Part shown: positions 57,780 through 64,000 of the stretch, piece by piece
Layout: each line of letters begins with the position of its first letter
Position numbering within the stretch: the first letter of the stretch is position 1
From: an uncultured Acidobacteriota bacterium
GTDB taxonomy: Bacteria; Acidobacteriota; Thermoanaerobaculia; Gp7-AA8
Assembly (NCBI GenBank): GCA_963741955.1
Contig: CAVUKB010000004.1
Span: forward strand, 512,001-576,000
Direction: 5' to 3'
DNA: 64,000 bases
Notes under the pieces: generated by a model
Database searches by the model: none
The model's input: only the letters and a program-made list of their open reading frames with translations
Told to the model about the DNA's origin: nothing
Position numbers and translations under genes: made by a program

Positions 57780-59450
57780 TCACTTTCCGGTCGGGAAGTC
57801 TTCTGCCTCGTGGCGCAACGCGTAGTTCGCGCTTCCGACGCGGTACCAGCGGTAGCCGTTCGCGTCGAGCGTGATCCGGTGGGTGCCGCGTGCGTCGGCG
57901 CGGCTCTCTTCGTCGTCGAAGAGGCTGACCAGTCGCTCGCCTCCGTCGACTTTCAGCCGGAATTTCGCCTCCCGTGAACGCTCGTCGAAGTTGTGAACCA
58001 CCACCACCGCCTTCCCTTCCCACCGGTAGCAGAGGGCGAGGATGTTCGGCGAACCGGTGGAGATGACGTCCCAATCGCCCCACCCGATCTCCGGCGTCTC
58101 CCGCCGGATGCGAATCATGCGGGTCATCCATCGCATCAGCGAATCGGGATCTCGCCGCTGGGCTTCGACGTTGACCTTCCGGTATCCGTACACGCCGTCG
58201 TCGATCACCGGATGAATGAGCTTCTCCGCGGTGGAGAACCCGGCGTTCGGCTCGTCGGTCCACTGCATCGGGGTGCGCACCGAATCGCGCTGATCGAGCG
58301 AGAGATCTTCGCCCATCCCGATCTCGTCGCCGTAGCGGATGACCGGAGTCCCGGGGAGTGAGAACATCACGCTGTAGGCGAGCTCGATCCGTGCGCGGTC
58401 TCCGAGCATCGAGGCGAGCCTCCGCCGGATTCCGCGGTCGTACAGCTGCATCCGGGGCTCGGGACCGAATCGCTGAAAGACCCGCTCGCGCATTTCCGGC
58501 CCCAGACGTCCTAAATCGAGCTCGTCGTGATTCCTGAGAAACTGAGCCCACTGCCCGGTGGGTGGAAGACGCCTCGTCGCGCGGAGTGAATCGATCAGCG
58601 GCCGGACGTCGCCGGTGGCGAGTGCATAGAAGAGATGCTGATTGACGAAGAAATTGAACATCATGTGGAGCCCGCGTCCGTCGGCGAAGTACTTCTTGTT
58701 CTCTTTCGGAAGGACGTTCGCCTCGCCGAGGAGGACCGCGTCGCCGCTGCGCCACTGGAGGAATTCGCGGAGCTCCGTGAGGTACTCGAAGTGCATCTGA
58801 TGCGGCTGACCGAAAGGACTGACGCTTTCGATGATGAAAGGCACCGCATCGACCCGGAATCCGCTCACGCCGGTCTGGAGCCAGAAGCCGACGATGCGAC
58901 GGATCTGTTCACGGACTTCCGGGTTGTCCGTGTTCAGGTCAGGCTGAAACGCGTAGAAGCGATGGAAGTAGTACTGGCGCGCGATCTCGTCGCGGGTCCA
59001 GGTGGCCTTCTGGATTCCGGGGAAGACCATTCCCTTGTCCCAGTCGGGCGGGCGCTTCTTCGACCAGGTGTACCAGTCGCGGTAGAGCGACTCGGGGTCG
59101 CGCCGGGCCTCCTGAAACCACGGATGCCGGTCGGAGGTGTGGTTGACCACGAGATCGATGATGATCTTCAGCCCGCGGGCGTGTGCCTGATGGATCAGCT
59201 CGACGAAGTCACCCGAGGAGCCGTGACGGGGGTCGACACCGAAGTAGTCGGAGATGTCGTAACCGTTGTCGCGGTTCGGAGTGGGCTGGAACGGAGCGAT
59301 CCAGAGAACGCCGACACCGAGGCTCTCGAGATAGTCGAGGCGCCGGATCAGTCCCTCGATGTCACCGACTCCGTCGCCGTTCGAATCCATGAACGTCTCG
59401 AGATCGAGACTATAGATGACGTTGTTCTTGTACCAGAGGTCGCCGATCAT
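57780..59450 (-). CDS. GH13 alpha-amylase family protein, trehalose synthase (TreS)-like
   Basis: WYKNNVIY, DSNGDGVGD, DLVVNHTS, GFRVDAVP, GEAN, FLRNHDELDL. Confidence 0.9.
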   Translation of the reverse strand: MIGDLWYKNNVIYSLDLETFMDSNGDGVGDIEGLIRRLDYLESLGVGVLWIAPFQPTPNRDNGYDISDYFGVDPRHGSSGDFVELIHQAHARGLKIIIDLVVNHTSDRHPWFQEARRDPESLYRDWYTWSKKRPPDWDKGMVFPGIQKATWTRDEIARQYYFHRFYAFQPDLNTDNPEVREQIRRIVGFWLQTGVSGFRVDAVPFIIESVSPFGQPHQMHFEYLTELREFLQWRSGDAVLLGEANVLPKENKKYFADGRGLHMMFNFFVNQHLFYALATGDVRPLIDSLRATRRLPPTGQWAQFLRNHDELDLGRLGPEMRERVFQRFGPEPRMQLYDRGIRRRLASMLGDRARIELAYSVMFSLPGTPVIRYGDEIGMGEDLSLDQRDSVRTPMQWTDEPNAGFSTAEKLIHPVIDDGVYGYRKVNVEAQRRDPDSLMRWMTRMIRIRRETPEIGWGDWDVISTGSPNILALCYRWEGKAVVVVHNFDERSREAKFRLKVDGGERLVSLFDDEESRADARGTHRITLDANGYRWYRVGSANYALRHEAEDFPTGK

Positions 59451-59483
59451 GACCGAGCGGGCGCTGCAAGAGGCTGGCCCGGC

Positions 59484-59716
59484 TCTCTCGACGCGGCATA
59501 GTGGTGACAACTTTGAGGAGCCGACGCGGGGTGCAACGCAGCAGACAGGTCCGGTGGATTACGCGTCGTGGAGTGCGGATTCGTAATCCGCCGCGCAGCT
59601 CACGGCACGTGCGCGACAGCAGCATCGCCTCGATCCTCGGCAGAAGCGGAGCCGCGCCCGGAATCGCACACGCTCCGCGCAGCACCCGAAGTCTCGCTCT
59701 TCATCCCGTACGACAC
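59484..59716. repeat. Composite of a MITE internal remnant and a diverged reverse REP-capped unit
   Basis: ggcatagtggtgacaactttgaggagccga...caacgcagcagacagg matches the MITE core; 59570-59716 matches the reverse complement of the 55-kb unit. Confidence 0.7.
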
Positions 59717-59750
59717 TCCTCGCGGCATGTCTCTGGCAACCATTTCCAGA

Positions 59751-60878
59751 ATGGCCGAACGAAATCCCATCAAAGGAGAAGACCGAAGAATCCGTTACGC
59801 CGTGGTCGGGCTCGGACACATCGCGCAGGTGGCGGTGCTCCCGGCATTCGCTCACGCATCCGAGAACTCCGAGCTCGTCGCGCTCGTGTCGAGCGATCCG
59901 GAGAAGCTCAAGAGGCTCGGAGAGCGACATGGCGTCGCCACGCTGGCGAGCTACGACGAGTACGACTCTCTTCTCGAGAGCGGCCGGGTCGATGCCGTCT
60001 ATCTGGCCCTCCCGAATACTCTTCACCGCGACTTCGCAGTGCGCGCGGCGCGACGGGGTGTCCACGTCCTGTGCGAAAAGCCGATGGCGGTGACCTCGCG
60101 CGAATGTGAAGCGATGATCCGGTCCGCGGAAGAAGCGAACGTGCGATTGATGATCGCGTACCGGCTGCACTTCGAGGAGGGCAACCTCGAAACCGCGGAG
60201 GTCGTGGCGTCCGGAACGATCGGCGAGCCGCGCATCTTCAATTCGACCTTCACTCAGCAGGTGCGCGAAGGCGACGTGCGGCTCCGCAAGGACCTCGGCG
60301 GCGGCCCGGTGTACGACATGGGCGTCTACTGCATCAATGCGGCGCGCTATCTGTTCCGCGACGAACCGCTGGAGGTCTCTGCCCTGGCAGCAAGCGGCGA
60401 CCCGCGATTCGACGAGGTCGCGGAGACCGTGGCGGTGACCATGCGCTTTCCCGGCGAGAAACTCGCGTCATTCGTCTGCGGTTTCGGCGCCGAGCAGGTC
60501 AACGCGTACCGGATCGTCGGTGCGAAGGGTGTACTCCGCGTGGAGCCGGCGTACACGTACGGCTCCGCCATCCGTCACGAGCTCGTCACCGGCGGCCGAA
60601 GAGAGCTCCGCGAGTTCCCGAGGAGAGATCAGTTCGCGCCGGAGATCGTCTACTTCTCGCGATGCGTCCTCGAAGAAGACGAGCCGGAGCCTTCGGGGAT
60701 CGAAGGGATGATCGACGTGAGAATCGTCGAAGCGATCCATCGATCGATCGAGCAGCGCGGAAGAGTGGAGACCCTCGATCTCGAGGGCCGGCGGCGCCGG
60801 CCGGAGAGGAGCCAGGGGATGCAGAAACCTCCCGTGAAACCGGAAGCGCTGGTGAACACCGCCCCGCCGACGAGGTAG
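59751..60878 (+). CDS. Gfo/Idh/MocA family oxidoreductase (glucose-fructose oxidoreductase-like)
   Basis: YAVVGLGHIA, HVLCEKPMA, GGGPVYDMGVYCINAARY. Confidence 0.92.
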   Translation: MAERNPIKGEDRRIRYAVVGLGHIAQVAVLPAFAHASENSELVALVSSDPEKLKRLGERHGVATLASYDEYDSLLESGRVDAVYLALPNTLHRDFAVRAARRGVHVLCEKPMAVTSRECEAMIRSAEEANVRLMIAYRLHFEEGNLETAEVVASGTIGEPRIFNSTFTQQVREGDVRLRKDLGGGPVYDMGVYCINAARYLFRDEPLEVSALAASGDPRFDEVAETVAVTMRFPGEKLASFVCGFGAEQVNAYRIVGAKGVLRVEPAYTYGSAIRHELVTGGRRELREFPRRDQFAPEIVYFSRCVLEEDEPEPSGIEGMIDVRIVEAIHRSIEQRGRVETLDLEGRRRRPERSQGMQKPPVKPEALVNTAPPTR

Positions 60879-60955
60879 CCGCACGGGCTGGATCCCGGCG
60901 AGCTGTGGCGGACGGGATGAGCACGAGTCGGGATCGCGATCGAGCGCGATCCCGT

Positions 60956-61741
60956 TCACAATCCGGGATTGAGCTTCAGCACCAGCGGGACGATGACGAA
61001 GAGCTGGACCGCGTCGAACACGCCGTGCGCGATGATGCACGGAACGAGATTCTTCGTGCGCCAGAACGTGATGCCGATGATGGTCGAGATGACCGTGACC
61101 CCGATCAGCATCAGCGGCTGTCCATACCCGGCGTGAGAGAGCGCGAAGAGAACGGTCGACACGATGAGCCCGGTCCGTTTCTGCAACCAGCCGCGGTAGA
61201 ACGCCTCCTCGACGGTCATCGCCATGAAGACGATGACGGCTTTCTTCCAGATCGGAAGTGCGGCCATCCACGGGATCATCGCCGGAGCCTTCAGGTCGTG
61301 AGGCGCGAGCCCCGCCGCGGAGAGGATCAGCCCGATGGCCAGAGCGATCGCGATGGTCAGCAGCCACCCGCCGACTCCGACTCCGACTCCGAGAAGCGTC
61401 GACTGTGCGGCTTCGCGGGACGTGAGGTTGAGAAAGCGACCGACCGGGGGGCGTCCGGCGAGCCACCACCATCCGGCGAGAAAGACGATCAGAATCAGGT
61501 GCAGCGTGAAGAGAGACCAGAAAGGAGTCGCCCTCAACTGATCTGCAGTGGCCGGTGCCTTGGACGATGCGGCGATCAGGACGCTGAGGAGCACCACGAA
61601 GAGGGTCAGCCAGACGTAGGCCCCGCTCTTGTGCGCCGAGGTCGGGAAATGGTCACTGCTGAAGAGGTGGAACCGCTGGTTGAGAAAAATGAGGACGACT
61701 GACACGAGAAGGCCGAAGGAGAGTGCGATCACATAGCTCAA
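60956..61741 (-). CDS. CPBP (Abi/CAAX) intramembrane metalloprotease
   Basis: VEEAFYRG, FALSH, IIAHGVFD motifs. Confidence 0.88.
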   Translation of the reverse strand: MSYVIALSFGLLVSVVLIFLNQRFHLFSSDHFPTSAHKSGAYVWLTLFVVLLSVLIAASSKAPATADQLRATPFWSLFTLHLILIVFLAGWWWLAGRPPVGRFLNLTSREAAQSTLLGVGVGVGGWLLTIAIALAIGLILSAAGLAPHDLKAPAMIPWMAALPIWKKAVIVFMAMTVEEAFYRGWLQKRTGLIVSTVLFALSHAGYGQPLMLIGVTVISTIIGITFWRTKNLVPCIIAHGVFDAVQLFVIVPLVLKLNPGL

Positions 61742-61748
61742 TGGGAGG

Positions 61749-62183
61749 TCACCTCACGACGAGAACGGGGCAGTGGGCTTTGCGGAGAACTTTTTCAGTG
61801 ATGCTGCCGAGGAGCGCATGCTCGAGGCCTGTGTGCCCGTGCGTGGCCATCACGATCAGGTCGTACCCTTCGTTGCGTGCGAAGTCGACGATCTCCGTGG
61901 CAGGGTAGCCGCGCCGGATCTCGATTCTGGCCTCGACGTCTCCGGCCCATCGGTCGGCGAGCTTGTGCATCGCCTCATCCGCTTTCGTCTGCATCACCGG
62001 GAAGTAGTCCGCGGTGGCATAGTCGATGGGAAAGAAGTCGAAGTAAGGGAAGACGTCGTTGATGACCGTGCAGAGGGTGATCGTCCCTCCGGTCAGGCGG
62101 GCGACACCTGCAGCGTACTCGACTGCTTTCGCCGAGAAGTCGGAGAGGTCGACCGGAACCAGAATGTTCTGCGGCGGCTCCAT
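61749..62183 (-). CDS. Universal stress protein
   Basis: ILVPVDLSDFS, DLIVMATHGHTG...LGSITEKVLRKAHCPVLVV. Confidence 0.93.
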   Translation of the reverse strand: MEPPQNILVPVDLSDFSAKAVEYAAGVARLTGGTITLCTVINDVFPYFDFFPIDYATADYFPVMQTKADEAMHKLADRWAGDVEARIEIRRGYPATEIVDFARNEGYDLIVMATHGHTGLEHALLGSITEKVLRKAHCPVLVVR

Positions 62184-62530
62184 CGGTGAGAAGTGTATTC
62201 GAATTTCAAGCTCGATGCGACGTGTCTCAGCGACGTCTCTCCTCGGGTACCGGCCCCGCTTCCGCCGGGGACGTGGGAGGCTGCGGTCACGCACGGGCGG
62301 TGATCCGCGCGGCGGATTGCGAATCCCTCTCCAGGGCGGAATCGTGGATCGGGCCGAGAAGTGCGGGCTTTTCCTCAACCCACAACCCGCCACCTCACCA
62401 CGAAGAGGCCGGCTGTCGCGATATGAGAATCCGCGCTTGCGAAGCCGTTCGCCGATTGGCTCTCTTCTTGCGATTTCAACCTTCTGACAATCCGGGGGTT
62501 CAGAGAACCTCGGGATGGAAAGAAGGCCTC

Positions 62531-63709
62531 ATGCACACCAACAGACATTCGACTCGCGTGGCGATGCTTCCGGCGGCATTCGCCCTCGCGCTCCTCACTG
62601 TGGCCGGAAGCTCACGAGCCGAGAATCCTCTCCCCGAACTGGTCAAGCGGGTCAAACCGGCGATTGCGACCATCACTGCGCACATGCCGGGCGACGACGT
62701 ACAGATCGGGACCGGGTTCTTCGTGCAGAAGGGGATTCTGGTCACGAACCGTCACGTTCTCGCCGGTGCGCTCAGCGCGGAGGTGAAGACCGACGACGGT
62801 CGTGTTTTCGAGATCGAGCACGTCACAGCGGAAGACGCCGATTCCGATCTGGTGAAGGTCGATCTTCCGGTCGGCGACGACGCGTCGATCCGTACACTCG
62901 AGCTGAGAAGGAACCTGCCCGAGCCCGGATCACGCGTGGTGGTGATCGGAAGTCCGTTCGGACTCGAAAAGACGGTGTCGGACGGAATCGTTTCGACCGT
63001 GCGTCAGCTCGAGGACGGAACTGCAGTCATCCAGATCACTGCACCCATCTCACCCGGATCGAGCGGGAGCCCGGTGCTCGACCTCGACGGTCGCGTGATC
63101 GGCGTCGCAACGATCCAGCTGGTCGGCGGACAGAATCTGAATTTCGCGATTCCCGCAGGAAACGTAATGGGACTGAAGAACGCGACGCCCGAGGCGCTGA
63201 ACCACTGGACCGCTCGCGAGCTGGCGGCAGACGGTATGTCCGCGGCGGGCGAGGGCAACTGGGGTGACGCACAGAAACTCTTCGAGCAGGCGGCTGAGGC
63301 AGATTCGAAGCTCGATGGCGTCTATCTCTGGCTCGGACGGGCTTTCACCGAGAACGGACGGGACGACGATGCGCTCGACGCCTATCGTCGCGCCGTGGTC
63401 GCCGCACCATCATCCGCGGATGCGCAGCTCGGACTCGGTCGGGCTTATGCGCGGATGCGCAAGTGGAGCGATGCGATCAGCAGCTACCGGGAAGCTCTGC
63501 GCCTGAGTCCGAAATACGTCTCCGCGATCAGCGACCTGGGGCGGGCGTATCTCGAGATCGGCGACACGAGCTCTGCGCTGGCGGAGCTCCAGGACCTGCA
63601 GGCGCTCGATCCGGCGGCAGCCGAGTCGCTCCGGAAGCGGATCCGGGAAGTGGCGGGTACGCCGGAGGAGCGGGCGAGTCAGTCGCTCCGGCCGAGCAAC
63701 GAACGGTAG
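62531..63709 (+). CDS. Exported trypsin-like serine protease with C-terminal TPRs
   Basis: Signal peptide, TNRHV, DLV, ISPGSSGSP triad motifs, QNLNFAIP, TPR helices; no PDZ domain. Confidence 0.9.
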   Translation: MHTNRHSTRVAMLPAAFALALLTVAGSSRAENPLPELVKRVKPAIATITAHMPGDDVQIGTGFFVQKGILVTNRHVLAGALSAEVKTDDGRVFEIEHVTAEDADSDLVKVDLPVGDDASIRTLELRRNLPEPGSRVVVIGSPFGLEKTVSDGIVSTVRQLEDGTAVIQITAPISPGSSGSPVLDLDGRVIGVATIQLVGGQNLNFAIPAGNVMGLKNATPEALNHWTARELAADGMSAAGEGNWGDAQKLFEQAAEADSKLDGVYLWLGRAFTENGRDDDALDAYRRAVVAAPSSADAQLGLGRAYARMRKWSDAISSYREALRLSPKYVSAISDLGRAYLEIGDTSSALAELQDLQALDPAAAESLRKRIREVAGTPEERASQSLRPSNER

Positions 63710-64000
63710 CGGAACTTCATCACGGCGTTCCTCACGAGACGTTGCAGCTTGTCCTGCTGTTCGAAGTGTCCGCTCCTGCGGAGGGAGCGGACCTCTCCTG
63801 GCGTGAGACCGGCCTGAGTCGCGACGTCCTCGAAGGAGGCGCCGAGTTTCTCCGCCGACCCGGTCCGACGCGGGAAGTTCCGCTGCAGGGGGTGGCTCTC
63901 GTTCGGATCGCCGAGACGCTGATGCGCTTCGTCGATGGTGAGCACCGGCTCCACACAGGCGTCGATTCCGGCGAAGACTTCTTCCCATTCGTCGCGGGTT
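63679..64000 (-). CDS. CaiB/BaiF CoA-transferase family protein, C-terminal part (5' end outside window)
   Basis: TRDEWEEVFAGIDACVEPVLTIDEA resembles the C-terminal region of alpha-methylacyl-CoA racemase/family III CoA-transferases. Confidence 0.65.
   Translation of the reverse strand, partial: TRDEWEEVFAGIDACVEPVLTIDEAHQRLGDPNESHPLQRNFPRRTGSAEKLGASFEDVATQAGLTPGEVRSLRRSGHFEQQDKLQRLVRNAVMKFRYRSLLGRSD

Overview
GC-rich bacterial chromosome segment. Gene content (zapA-6S-rny-ymdB, UbiD/MqnL-type decarboxylase, nuoCD fusion, TonB receptor) suggests a diderm such as an Acidobacteriota member, but that is inference only. It is mostly housekeeping, transport and envelope genes. It also holds an imuA-imuB-dnaE2 mutagenesis operon, a fabF-methyltransferase-FAD oxidoreductase cluster, a stand-alone nuoB-nuoCD-nuoI block followed by a ferritin-like gene, a cysteine desulfurase and def, and a large propeller-GAF-GGDEF cyclase. 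Three repeat systems are present: (1) 7-bp tandem repeats (GAGGATC, GAGGCTC, GAGCGGC, GAATGCA); (2) a 183-bp MITE in two full copies plus a remnant; (3) a ~173-bp REP-capped palindromic unit, dispersed and also in a 9-copy tandem array. The most striking structure is in the mutasome operon. A four-helix-bundle (23S-IVP/Avd-like) gene is enclosed by a 43-bp heptamer-built inverted repeat whose outer ends lie 2 nt from the imuB stop and 3 nt from the dnaE2 start. Further heptamer hairpins or arms are inserted in frame in imuA, imuB and dnaE2. All calls come from reading motifs by eye; no database search was run.
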